A DNA stretch of 64,000 bases. Origin: Ancylonema sp. Its lineage: Eukaryota. The notes beneath the pieces are model-generated. The model made no database searches and was not told the DNA's origin. It saw nothing but the letters and a program-made list of their open reading frames with translations. Of the stretch, positions 50,101 through 62,960 are shown piece after piece. Position 1 is the first letter of the stretch; the number at the start of each line of letters is the position of its first letter. The translations under genes and the position numbers were made by a program. The stretch is taken from NCBI GenBank assembly GCA_050230475.1, contig JBFLGF010000152.1, positions 1 to 64,000 on the forward strand, in the 5' to 3' direction.

Positions 50101-50916
50101 AGAGTGGTACAGGGCGTACTTTCGGGTATCGTCAGGAATGGTGAAAGAGGAATGCCCCGTGGGGGTGACCACCCGCTCAACCCCGTCATTCAGCTCTGTC
50201 ATTCCCTGCACTCCGCTAAACCTCACACTGTCGCCGTCCACCAAACCGTGTCGGTGGTCTTCAGCCAGTGTGACGGTCGCAGGACAGTCTTGAGTGATGC
50301 TCTCGACCAGTAATGTGGTCGGAAGCTCCCCGCCAGACCCCTCTCGGACTGGGAAGGTTGCACCAAGGTCGCAGAACACGCGGGAACAGAAACCACGGGC
50401 ATCTGCGAGGACAAATGGGACGGACTGCGCCCGACAGCGGTTGTTGAAATGCGCCAGCTCCTCCATTGGAACCACTTTGGTCGCACAGAGGACTGAAGCG
50501 CCTTGAAGCACATCGTCAGGAATGCCACCTGTCAGATTTTTTCCTCTGTGATCAGAGATTGCAGTGACGTGGACGTCAGGGTTCAATGCAGCCAAGCGCT
50601 GGGCGCACACGTCAGCTCGAGAGGATGACAAGTCAGCCTCGGTAAGTAGACAATTGGCCCCGAGGTCCGACAAAGTCACAACGGCTGCGTCTACAATTGT
50701 CAATTTCCTCACACCCGCTAGGACCAAATTCTTTGCAATCTCTGCGCCTACTCCAGTAGCTCCTACCACCACAACGTAGCTCTCCCTGATTCGTGACATG
50801 GCATCCCGTCCAATCGTGAATATCTGACGAGAGTAGCGAAGCTCATCAAAGTCATTTTTACGAGCCGGATCGCTGGGACCGGAAGACTGTGATGACAGAT
50901 TGTATTCTGAATTCAT
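47101..50916 (-). CDS. Ubiquitin-activating enzyme E1 (UBA1-like), divergent, multi-exon
   Basis: [58 protein letters not shown], catalytic [23 protein letters not shown] and a C-terminal [19 protein letters not shown]. Confidence 0.9.
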
Positions 50917-51479
50917 TACGAAAACTTTTCCGAATCTGAAACAATAGAAAGCTCTATCCAGCTCCCTTAGACCTCGTCTGTCGAAATACCAGGAACCGGA
51001 GGTGATGACCCTTCTTGGCGAAGGCACCCAAAAAATCACCCCGACACGTAGCTAGATGGCATAGAGTCGCGTGTTGGAAATCCTTACATTCACCTACATC
51101 TTCGTGTACACGTCATCGCGCGCTCGTCTATTTTGCGAAAAAATAATTTCATCAGTGCAGCTCTCGCGCACAAGTTTTCATTGCCACAAAGTAAAATAAT
51201 CATGGCCAAGCCACGACAGGACAGCCATGGCAGGGCCAGCTCTCCAACATTGTAGGACGGAATAGAGAAGCTGCATCTTCACGTTCCGCTAGTCATAAAG
51301 TACGCGCCCTCCGTTTATGCGCGCGCGCACTTGCCAGCCTACCAACCAATCCTTGACGTCGTGGAATCTCCAGCGACGGTTAACCAGCTTCAGCGAAAAA
51401 GATGATGACCGGACGATTGTGCCGCGGTGTTTTTGCACCGTTCTGGATCTCCTGACCTTCTCCTGAACCAATCCTCCCT

Positions 51480-51800
51480 TCCCTTCGATTTCCCGCCCCT
51501 CTCTTCCTAACAACACCACGCCTTCATCTTGTTCTCAACACCCTTGCCGACTTATGTGGCAGACACATGTGGCCATGCTGTGAAACCTTTGGGAACCCAC
51601 CTTCTATGGTCGCGCAAGCATCGCAGGATACTCGCTCTGGTAAATCGCCGGATGCGATTTACCACATTATTCATGAGTTGCATCGACACGCGCATCGAGA
51701 GGGCAACGTCTTCCTTCCTTCTTCATCACTTGGGGGGCGTGGATGGCGTGTGGATTGGGATTTCGGATGTTGCGGCAGACAATACCTGTACGACTTAGCC
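51480..51800 (+). mobile_element. Degenerate fragment of the same RLE non-LTR retrotransposon family (zinc knuckle/endonuclease region)
   Basis: TCGHAVKPLGTHLL and DAIYHIIHELHRHAHRE..FLPSSSLGGRGWRVD parallel the copy at 53975-54180. Confidence 0.75.
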
Positions 51801-52289
51801 ATTTTGGCTAAGTGCCTAGTCCGGTGTTTGCAAGGTAGTCCGGTCGAAACTCACAATAGGAGTTATCAGTTATCAGCCGCAGGGATTATTTTGGAGTTAA
51901 GTTTTCACAGGCGGTACTAATAGTGAGCCCGGGTGTGGGCGGAGCTGAGTACGCATTCAGGTTATTGTATCTGGATCGCGTCGTGTGAGAACAATACTGA
52001 ATGATAATTGGTCATGCGGTTGCGGCTGAGAGCATCGGCTTGTCGAAGCTTCAATCAGCTGGCTACCGCTGATTGGTGCTTATAGACATGTGTAATATTT
52101 AGTGCATGTTTTGAGGCATGCATGATCGTAATGTTATGTATGTTACGTGGACGATCTTTGAGTACGTTTGACTCGAAGTTGTGGGATCTGAACTTGGACA
52201 AGAAAGGGAATTGTATATTATTGAAAACCGGCGGAAACCTCCTTTTATTGCAAGGACGTGCTTGTAAAGAAACTGCAAATCCTTAAAAA

Positions 52290-52420
52290 CGAGGAGCTTC
52301 GTCAGCCAGCGTCCCAGGCTCGCCTCCCGATTGCTCAGGGGGGGTTGGACTTGCTCTGTACCACGGTCCTAGCCCCCATTGCATTTTTGGGATCATTTGC
52401 GCTCGCCTGCACTTCAGACA
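52290..52420 (+). mobile_element. Fragment of a non-LTR retrotransposon RT thumb/linker region
   Basis: QARLPIAQGGLDL....LAPIAFLGS resembles the QaxLPxxxGGLGL..APxAFLxS motif that follows the RT in CRE-like elements. Confidence 0.55.
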
Positions 52421-53639
52421 GCTTTTCAGCAGCATGGCGAGTCTCTTGGTCCCATTCTACGCGATGTTGAGTTAGGGTGTCGTGCTGTTTAGCCTCGTGT
52501 ATGTACACACGTGTGAAACCCTCGTTATAACAAGACTCGTTGTATGTGTGCGTTGTACTATGTGTGAATGCAATGTGAATGCGTCATCATTGGTTCATGC
52601 ATATAGAAACACATCCATGGCTGCGTAGATCGCAACACACGTGCGAGTACGATAGCCAACATAGATACCATTCGCAACACAATCGATGTGCATATGGTAT
52701 TGCAATTATTTCTTACTAGTTTACCTATGGCAAGGGATTGCTATAGGTCTGGACGTAACGTGCCCGACACAGATATCAAATGAAAGGCCACTCAATATAA
52801 CATAACAATCACAGCCGAATTCACATAAACAATGCTCAATTACCCCGAATCTGAGATAACCAGTTGTTGTGTAATATTCCCGAGGAATGCAAGGACCGAA
52901 TGAGGTCCTTGCACAGAAAGTACAGAGTGTATAGTGTTCCGAGCCAGAGTAGCAACCGAACACCCACGAAGATAGCAATCTAATCACCGCCGCCTGACCG
53001 ACATTTAGCCAACCTGTTTCAGGGAGGCAGACTTTGTCGTCTACATAATCTACGCGATCACCGGCTTAACACATAGGCGAGGTGATCGGTACTGAGTTAC
53101 GTGACACGCTACACTTACTAAAATACTTAGTCGTTTATTAAGGACCTGACCACTTGTCGGTACAGGTCGGACAATTGCGTCCTGCGCATATTGTCGTCTA
53201 CTATAATTACACTTTGGGTGGTACATAAGCTTAACGTGACTAGCGGTCATACATCTCAGTCATACATCTTTGCCGCACGCTTTAACCGACACTTGATTGT
53301 CTTCGTACACAGGGAGCGGTGGCTGCGGCTACGACCGCGGTGGTTGCCTTGACCGGCGCCGTAGGTGGCGGGCATTCATCGTTTTATTATTGCGCCCGTA
53401 CTTTATTACGATACAATGATTTGGCGGGTCCTTCTAACACGTGCCAAATACCGACGTGAAATAGGGGTACCCCCGCGGGTGCGTACCTATTCCGTTCGAC
53501 GTGAGATATTGGCTATACATGCTATGTTCTATTATAGGCATAATTCGGGATATAATAGGCGTGCCTATATCACTCTAAATTATACTATATAGGCACACGA
53601 TCTGCACACGATCTATTATGACTGACAAGGGGCCTTACC

Positions 53640-54670
53640 TACGCAGCGCGCTCTTTGCGCTGCGAGGACTGAGCTAGACCCCAAGGCTCGCGAGGTTCTT
53701 CCTCCTTTCGATGTCGTGGCCTCCTCTCCCCCCCCTCGGCTTCAGGCTGCCCTTCATGTCGCCACCTATGCTGCTAGATTCGAGGAGGTTCTCACGGGAG
53801 CGAGTTCCGCAGGGTCCGGACCGGATTCGGGCTACGAGTGGTGCGGGGGCGGGGCATTTGTTGCAGGCGACACCTATCCTCCCCATTCCCTTCGGTTTCC
53901 CGCCCCTCTCTTCGTGACAGCACTCCGTCTTCGGCTCGGCCTTCCACATCCCTGTCCAGCGATGTACGCGGCGTGTTCATGTGGCCACCCGTTGGATCCT
54001 CTTGGGACCCACCTCTTGCGTTGCGCTCGCGGCGGAGAGCGCACCTCATCGCATGACTCTGTGTGCGCGATGCGTTTTATCACATCATCCGTGAGTCGCA
54101 CCAGCACGCACATCGGGAGCGCACAGGCTTCCTTCCCTCATCGGCTCCCGGGGGGCGCGGAGGGCGTGTCGATATTGTGATTTCGGATGCTGCGGTAGGG
54201 CCCACTTTGGTCGACATTGTTGTTGCGGACCCTACCCGTTGCGATTTGGTGGAGCGCGCCGCTAGACACGATCTCGTCGCCGCCACCGATGCGGAGCGCA
54301 GGAAGGAGGCCCACTATCGTGATCGCGCAGCTGGGACGATCGTGCCCTTTGCTCTTGAGACGTACGGTGCATTGTCTGATAGGTCGGATCGTTTTTTGGT
54401 CGAGTGTGCCTCTTTTTAGCATCTAGAGAGTCTTCAGGCGCAGGGCCCTCATTAGCTTGTTGTGCACATGGTTCCGTCAGAGAGTGTCGATTGCGTTGCA
54501 GCGGTCGCTAGCATATGCGATACATGCTAGGACCCTACGTCTAGAGCAGTCCATGGCCTTGCTACCCCCCCCACCAACCGGCGCGCTCCACTTTCTTCTT
54601 CGGATTTGCTTATTGTCGCTAGTTTTGGCTAGTACGATCGGCCCTCATAATTTTTCGTTTATAGGATGTA
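53640..54670 (+). mobile_element. 5'-truncated, frameshifted non-LTR retrotransposon with restriction-like endonuclease (CRE-like clade); boundaries approximate
   Basis: ALRLRLGLP, CCHC knuckle CSCGHPLDPLGTHLLRC, SHDSV, RVDIVI, VDIVVADP, K..HY, VPFALETYG and QRVSIALQR, spread over several frames. Confidence 0.85.
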
Positions 54671-54739
54671 GTTTCTTTACAGGCACATTCTTGTAATGAG
54701 ATGGGGCCGTCGTTTTTCATTAATATACACTTCTCTATT

Positions 54740-54870
54740 CAACGTCCTTTAAAAACGACAAATATGTGAGTCGATCGTACCAAACAAAACTAGCAACAAA
54801 ATGCAACTCCGAAGATGAAAGTGGAACGCGCGGTGGTGGGGGAGGTAACATGGATTGCTCCAGACGTAGG
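54740..54870 (-). mobile_element. Inverted 3'-end fragment of the same retrotransposon family
   Basis: The reverse complement aligns with 54534-54668 (LRLEQSM..PPPP and the following UTR). Confidence 0.8.
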
Positions 54871-55996
54871 TACAAGTTCTGAGTTTCAGATCTTGGCACC
54901 GTAACTGTTTCAAGACGAGCAATTCCGCATCTCAATCTGCATGAGATGCGAATGGTGGCTATGCACTAGATGGGTAATGTACTAGTCTTTGCGGCGGTGT
55001 AAGACGTCCATAGCAAGATGGACGTTTCTTCTACAATACTTAGGTCGGCATTGTTGTTGCGGAGCATACCATAGACGACTTGATAGAGCATGCCGCGATA
55101 CATGTTGTTGTCGTCGTTGCAAGTGCGGAGCGCATTTTACAATCCTAAGATTGTCATCGCACACTTAAATGAAATTCGTGCCCTTCCCACTTGGGACATA
55201 AGGTGCCATATTTGTAACGTCCAATCGATTCTTGATCGGGTGTGCAATGGCGGCCTCTAGGGAGTGTGCGAGATCAAAGCCCTTTGTTGGCTCCCTGTCC
55301 ACATGGGTCCGTCCGACAAAGTCAATAGCACCGCAACGTTCGCCAACGGACATGCTACCCATGCTAAAGATGTTCGTCTATTTAAATCTATGGCTTTGTT
55401 ATTCCAACCCCCCGCAACACGTTTTACTTTCCTCTACGGGGTTGCATGATGTTTTCAATTTTGTCGAGTGCGTTCGATTATTAGGGTTGGCAAATAATTA
55501 TCATTTGGCTGCTTTTTAAGATTTGTGGTTTCTCATAACATGTGTTCTTGTACGTCGTCTTCAGGTAGTCTTTTGGAGTTGGTAGCATGGTCCACAGTCC
55601 CGAGGCTGTCAAAATGTAGTCTTGAGCCCGAACTAGTCTGGAGCATCCTCGGTTTGGATTGGTCGTGTGTGAGAATGCGAAATGCAAAAAGCAAACCAAC
55701 AAATATTTATGTCGAGATAGTTAAATCTTTTTGAGAGGAGATGATGGATGTTGCATCTTTTTTTACACTCCTCTTCATGAAAATGCCAGGATGACGCATT
55801 CGTCAATTGGATCAATTAAGATCTCAGGAGTAATGGTGGACTGTTAGCATACATGTAACTTGCAATAAATTATATTTTTAAAAAGGATGATTGAGACAGA
55901 TACACATGAAACAGAAATGGAAGCTCCGTGAAGGACGTTGCACTTCGACAAAACACCTTGTCGTGCTATGTCAGCTTGGTCTCTGTATTACAACAT

Positions 55997-57663
55997 TTAG
56001 AGGTTTACGGCAAGACGATCTGTATGGCCCCCCACATAACGCAATAGTGCTTGATGTTTTACACTCTCCAGATTTGTGCGGATTTCAGCTGCTAGACGTT
56101 GCTCAACCAAGGCCACGGGAAGCCACCGTTGAGGTGTCACCTCCACTATGTATGACAAAGTCGATACAGCTGCATCGATCGAACCTACCTGCAATCATGG
56201 ACCAAAGTCAAGAGTCAATCGCATGCAGTCAGACTCGACAAGAACAAATGCAAATGTATTGCACTTGTTGAACACAACACTTCGATCCTACGCCCCATAC
56301 CAAATGTTACTCGACCTGATTAGATCCACAAATATGTGTGCTCTCACTCGTTTATAAACTTCATAGATACAACTTGTCATTCCTAGACAATGTTAGGTTG
56401 TTGCGCCTGCATGTTATTTCTTTTCTTCCAACAAACAAATTATATTTCAGGTGATACAAAACACAAATCTTACAAAACGATCTCACGAGAAAGTTGCACA
56501 TATATTTCTCACCGTTTCTTCCTCGAATAATATCCTTTACAGCCATCCATCCGCATAGTCCCACTACCTCGCACTTAAGCATACAATCACAATCACAATC
56601 ACAATCCCCCCGTTTCATGGTCAGGTTGAGTTTCCCCACCTCTTCGATCGTCCAAGTCCCCTTGAAGAGTTTAAAATCTCCCTCTACTTGGGTGAAATTT
56701 ATGGCCCGCTGAACACGCCCATCCCCTGCTGCTCTCTCCTCCTGCTCCTCCACTTCCACCACGGCGCGGGCCTTGAATTTGAACCCGAGGGCCACTTCCT
56801 GCTGACCAACCTGAAACATGAAACATGAAACATGAAACATGAAATATGAAATATGAAACATGAAACACGTCTGAGAGATTGCAGGGACTGAGGGAGCCCT
56901 CATGCTTCTAAACTTCACTGTCAAAAATTATAACATGAAGGAGTCTCGTAACAATCAGCACAGTCCATTGCTTTCTTTGTAAGACATTTCAAAACACTCG
57001 CCGGCGGGGAGCTTTCACACATCGAAATCGTTTCTTGCATCCACTATCGGCAATAATGGATGCCAAAGTAAGGGCTTGCTCAGACCCAGAATATGTTGAT
57101 TTGTGATTGTGCTGCATGGCCAGGGAGGCCATCCAGCCATACTTAGAGTGGGAAAAGGGTTACCAGAAAGGCTGCCAAAATGGTACGGATGTTGTCATCA
57201 CCTGCAAGAGACGGGCGCCAGTCGGGCGGCGTTCGATCACTTCATTCACAGCGAGGCTGGGAATAAAGTCTCCCAGACGCGTGTAGTCTGTGAGCACTTC
57301 CCATATAGATTCCAAGGGGGTTGCGATCCGAATCCTAGCAGATACTCGGCGGGTGTTCGGCCCCGTAACTTCCACACTCCACTCATTCCCATCGTGGCTC
57401 GCTGAATTCCCACTCGCTTCACGGTTTTCAGCAGGATGTACAGCGTGACACGTTGCTATGAGTAAACCATTCGAACGACCTCCGTTATCAAAAAAGGGTG
57501 TCCGGGCGTTCTTCGAATTTGGCCGCTTGAAATGAATGGCATGTGTGGTACAGCTGAAATCCGGAAATGGTCGGCTGTTATCTAGGGCTACATGAGAGAA
57601 CGGGGGAAGCGCAGCATAGGAGAAGAGTCGTTGCGAAATCCCAGGTGTGACAGGCAGGGTCAT
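55997..57663 (-). CDS. START/SRPBCC polyketide cyclase-dehydrase family protein, copy 1, 3 exons
   Basis: Exons 57663-57202, 56810-56640 and about 56188-55997. Motifs: RRVSARIRIATPLESIWEVLTDYTRLGDFIPSL, VEGDFKLFKGTW, TLSYIVEVTPQRWLPVALVE. Transit-peptide-like N-terminus. Confidence 0.88.
56812..56867. repeat. Heptamer tandem repeat (tgaaaca)n abutting a splice acceptor
   Basis: Eight units, two of them tgaaata. Confidence 0.9.
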
Positions 57664-59062
57664 TGTAGGTGTTGAAGGAATCACTGGGGCGATAATGTGT
57701 GTTTGTTAGATTCACATAAGCAGACGTGAGATGGATTCGGCATATCCTGTATGGACAAATCAAGCGGCCATTAATTTCTGCTTAGTCGTGAAGCTCAGTC
57801 CACAGATGAATCCTCGATCTTGTCTACCGTACCGACAATAACAGCAGATCACCCTCGACATCGCGGTCTGAGCGACGTCAGACTTGAAAAATATGAAGAT
57901 CACAGCGATAACCACGTCACATGAGAGTGCTGGCAAGCAGAGGGAGATCCGGCGGGCGAAGCTGCAGTGGATTCACGACCTGAAATGACTAGTGCCCTCA
58001 CGGTTTTGGATACCCGTGCTGTACCCTCACTAACAATAACCGGCAATATACCGTCCAACATGAACAGGGAGGTTCAGCCCGGTCATCATGTCGGGAACTT
58101 GTTTAATTCGCGGAAAGATTTTTTTTTATTTTGCCTATTTCAAATCCGATCGAGTAATGGCAGTCCTCCCCATGGACCTCAGTGATATGGCTATTCAATT
58201 TGATCTACGCAACCCTTGCGAGGGTATGTTTGGAGCATGCATAGGCATTGTGCATGTGCACCATTACGGATGTGTATGGAGGACACAAATGATACCAAAC
58301 TAGTGAGTCAATCCAAAAGGTTCCTGACGCCACATGGATACTTGATTCAAAAGCTTGACTTAGTCTTGTATACCGAACTTAACAAAACCAACCAATTCTC
58401 GATTCTCATCACTTACTTGCCTAACAAGAGATCGAATTGTTAAACTTGACGGTAAAGTACCGACTACAACCACTGAACAAGAAAAACCTCCCTCCCAAAC
58501 CAAATAATATACTTCAACCACCTCAACAACGCCAACATGCGAGAGATTGTAGAACCAACAAAGTAACAAAACCCAAGGCCACTATAGACTCCCCCCCCTA
58601 CTATGATGTTTGTGATCACACTACAGCACTCCACTTTACTCCATACTCCCTCAAACCTTCCACACCAAAATTCACAATTCAAACTTCGACCTTCGACCTT
58701 CAACCTCCAATCCTATATCTACGATCCAGATTACACACGTGACGATGCTTTTCCTCTCGAAATCGATATGATCCGACCCATACCCTTCCCTTCCCATTCG
58801 AGTTTTTGTTCCGTCTAAACGGAACAAATCACCCCTCCATGCCTTCAGAAAATGTCCCCAAAAGAATATACAAGTTACAGGTACAACCGCGTGCGCATGG
58901 AACGTGAGCGGGCGCTGGTCCTGAGGTTTTCTCTCCACCATCGGCCCCAACTTGAAAGAGGCCAGCGCCCCACGTTCAACTGTTGGCCACATGCCACGCC
59001 AATCACCTCCCCCTCTCCCTCATACTCACTTCCCATTCCCCGCCTTCAGCCCCTCCAGGGAG

Positions 59063-59328
59063 TCACTCAGGTGCAGTAGACAGTCGTAGCTCTGTTGAAG
59101 GCTCATCACTTCCCCTCCGTGTCCGTTTCCGCGCCCTCTCATCCTCCTGCAACCACCAAACAGGGTAGCTTACCTGTCAGTCCTCCACACGAACACGCGA
59201 ATCGCAGGTCTGCCCTGTCCTGTCTCTTGCCCACCCACCTGTGCCTCCTGCCCCTCGTTCAAGTCGGGTAAATCCTGCGTCCCTCTCTGCCGCTCTTCCT
59301 GCTCCTCTCTCCTAGGCACAGCAGCAGC
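59063..59328 (-). pseudogene. Orphan duplicate of the cryptochrome 3' end
   Basis: Matches 62961-63252 (AAAVPRREEQEERQRGTQDLPDLNEGQEAQ plus last exon EDERARKRTRR..APE*). It is cut mid-exon at the duplication junction. Confidence 0.8.
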
Positions 59329-59892
59329 GCGGGGTTGCATATTGTTGCTAATTTTGTCGAGTATGTTCGATTATCAGGTTTGGCAAATTCTTACCATGTG
59401 GCTGCTATTTAGGATTTGTGGTTTCTCATTGCGCACGTTCTTGTACGTCGTCTTCTGTTAGTCTTTTGGAGTTGGTAGCATGGTCCCCAGTCCGGAGGCT
59501 GTCAAAATCTAGCCTTGAGCCCAAACTAGTCCGGAGCATCCTCGGTTTGGATTAGTCGTGTGTGAGAACACGAAATGCAAAAAGAAAACCAACATATATT
59601 TATGGCGAGACGGATACACAGCTTCTTGAGAACAGGTGATGAATGGTGCATCTTTATTGACACTTCTCTTCATGAAAATTGCATTGTGACGCATTTGTCA
59701 ATTGGATCAATCAAGATATCAAGAGCAGTGGTGCGGTGTGAGCATACATGTAACTTGCAATAAATTACATTTTAAAAAAGGATGATTGAGACAGATATAC
59801 GTGAAACATAAATGGAAGCTCCGTGGAGGACGTCGCACTTCGACAAAAACACCTTGTCATGCTATGTAAGCCCGGTCTCTGTACTACAACAT

Positions 59893-61516
59893 TCAAAGGT
59901 TTACAGCAAGAGGATCCGTATGCCCCCCCACATAACGCAGTAGTGCTTGATGTTTTACACTCTCAAGATTTGTGCGGATTTCAGCTCCTAGACGCTGCTC
60001 AACCAAGGCCACCGGGAGCCACCGTTGAGGTGTCACCTCCACCATATATGACAAAGTCGATTCGGTTGCACCGATTAAATTTACCTGCAGTCATGGACCA
60101 AAGTCAAGAGTCAATCGCATGCAGTCAGACTTGACAAGAACAAATGCTAATGTATTACACTTACTGAACACAACACTTCGATCCTACGCCCCATACCAAA
60201 TGTTACTCGACCTAATTTGATCCACAAACATGTTTACTCTCACGCGTTTTTAAACTCCATAGATGCAACCGGCCATTCCTTGACAATGTTAGGTTGTTGC
60301 ACTTGCATGCTATTTGTTTTCTTCTAACATGCAGATCCTATTTCAAGTCATACAAAACACACATCTTACAAAACGATCTCACGAGAAAGTTGCACATATA
60401 TTTCTCACCATTTCTTCCTCGAATCATATCCTTTACAGCCCATCCATCCACATAATCTCGCTACCACGCACTTCAGCGTACAGTCACAATCACAATCCCC
60501 CCGTATCATGACCAGGTTGAGTTTTCCCACCTCTTCAATCGTCCAAGTCCCCTTGAAGAGTTTAAAATCCCCCTCTACTTGAGTGAAATTTATGGCCCGC
60601 TGAACTCGCCCATCCCCTACTCTCTCCTCCTCTTCCTCCACTTCCACCACAGCGCGGGCCTTGAATTTGAACCCGAGGGCCACTTCCTGCTGACCGACCT
60701 GACATATGAAACACGTCTGAGAGATGGCAGGGACTGAGGGAGCCCTCATGCTTCTAAGCTTCACTGTCAACATGTATAACATGAAGGAGTCTCGTAACAA
60801 TCAGCAGAGTCCATTGCTTTCTTTGTGAGACATTTCAAAACATTCGTCGGCGGAGAGCTGTCACACATCGAAATCGTTTCTTGCACTCACTATCGGCAAC
60901 AATGGATGCCAAAATAAGAGCATGTTCAGACCCAGAATATGTTGATTCACAGATTTGTGATTGTGCTGCATAGCCAGGGAGGCCATCCAACCATACACAA
61001 AGTGGGAAAAGGATTACCAGAAAGGCTGCCAAAAGGTACGGATGTTGTCATCACCTGCAAGAGACGGGCGCCAGTCGGGCGGCGTTCAATCACTTCATTC
61101 ACAGCGAGGCTGGGAATGAAATCTCCCAGATGCTTGTAGTCTGTGAGCACTTCCCATATAGTTTCCAAGGGGGTTGCGACCCGAATCCTGGCAGATACTC
61201 GGCGGGTGTTCGGCCCCGTAACTTCCACGCTCCACTCATTCCCATCGTGGCTCGCTGAATTCCCACTCGCTTCACGGTTTTCAGCAGGATTTACAGCGTT
61301 ACACGTTGTTATGAGTAAACCATTCGAACGATCTCCGTTTTCAGAAAAGGGTGTCCGGGCGATCTTCGAATTTGACCGCTTGAAATGAATGGCATGTTTG
61401 GTACAGCTGAAATCCGGAAACGATCGGCTGTTATCTAGGGCTACATGAGAGAACGGGGGAAGCGCAGAATAGGAGAGGAGTCGCTGCGAAATCCCAGGTG
61501 TGACAGGCAGGATCAT
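59893..61516 (-). CDS. START/SRPBCC polyketide cyclase-dehydrase family protein, copy 2
   Basis: Same three-exon structure and motifs as copy 1. The frame stays open to TGA at 59893-59895. Confidence 0.88.
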
Positions 61517-62960
61517 TGCATATATAGTAGGAATCACCGAAGCGATGAAGTATGTACGTTAGATTCACATAAGCAAACGTAAGTTAGATTCAGCATATCC
61601 TGTCTGGACAAATCAAGCAGCCATTAATTTCTGCACAGTCGTGAAGCTCACTCCACAGACGACTTCTCGACCCTAACCACAGTGCCGACAATGACAGCTG
61701 ATCACTCTCAAGATCGCGGGCTGAGCGACAGTCAGACTTGATGAACATGAAGATCACAGTGTTCGCCACGTCACCATGAGAGTGCTGGCACGCTGAGGAA
61801 GAGTTGGCAGACGAAGCTGCAGTGAATTAACGACCTGAAATGGAGGAGTGCCCTCACAATTTTGGATACCCGTTGTCTGTACCCTCACTAAAAATGACCG
61901 GCAATATACCGTCCAACATAAACAGGGAGGTTCAGCCCGGTCATTCTGTCGGGAACTTATTTTATTCACGGACAGAAAGACTGTTGTTGCAAAAAAGGAG
62001 CGAAAGGCGCCTGTTTCAAATCCGATCGGGTACTGGCAGTCCTCCCCATGGACCTCAGTGATGTTGCTACTCAATTTGAACTCATTGCAACCCTTGCGAG
62101 GGTGTGTTTGGAGCATGCATAGGATTCATGCATGTGCACCATTATGGATGTGTATAGAGGGCTAACCCTTAGTACATTGATTTAATTATACCAATCTGGT
62201 GAGTCAATCTAGAAGGTTCATGATGCCACATGAACACTTGATTCAAAGGCTTGACTTAACCTCGTATACCGAACTTGACAAAACCAAACAACTGGCTTGA
62301 TTCTCATCACACGCATGCCTGACAAGAGTTTGAATTGTTAAACTTGATGGTGAAGTACCGACCACAATTGCTGAACAAGAAAATCCTCCCTCCCAAACCA
62401 AATACTACACTTCAGCTACGCTCAACAACGCCAACATGAGAGAGATTGTAGAACCAAACGCAGCAACAAAACCCAAGGCCGCTATAGACTACTCCATATA
62501 CTATGATGTTTGTGATCACACTACGGCACTCCACTTCACTCCATACTCCTCCCTCAAACCTTCCACACCACAATTCACAATTCAAACTTCAAACTTCAAA
62601 CTTCAACCTCCAATCTTATGTCTACGATCCAGGTTACACACGTGACGATGCTTTTCCTCTCGAAATCGATATGATCCGACCCTTACCCTTCCCTTCCCAT
62701 TCGATGTTTTGTTCCGTCTAAACGGAATAAGACACTCTCCATGCCTTCAGAAAATGTCCCCAAAAGAATATACAAGCTACAGGTACAACTGCGTGCGCAT
62801 GGAGCGTGAGCGGGCGGTGATGAGGTTTTCTCTCCACCATTACCCCGACTTGAAAGAGGCCAGCGCCCCACGTTCAACTGTTGGCCACATGCTACGCCAA
62901 TCACCTTCCCCTCTCCCTCATTGTCACTTCCCACCCCCCACTTTCAGCCCCTCCACAGAG

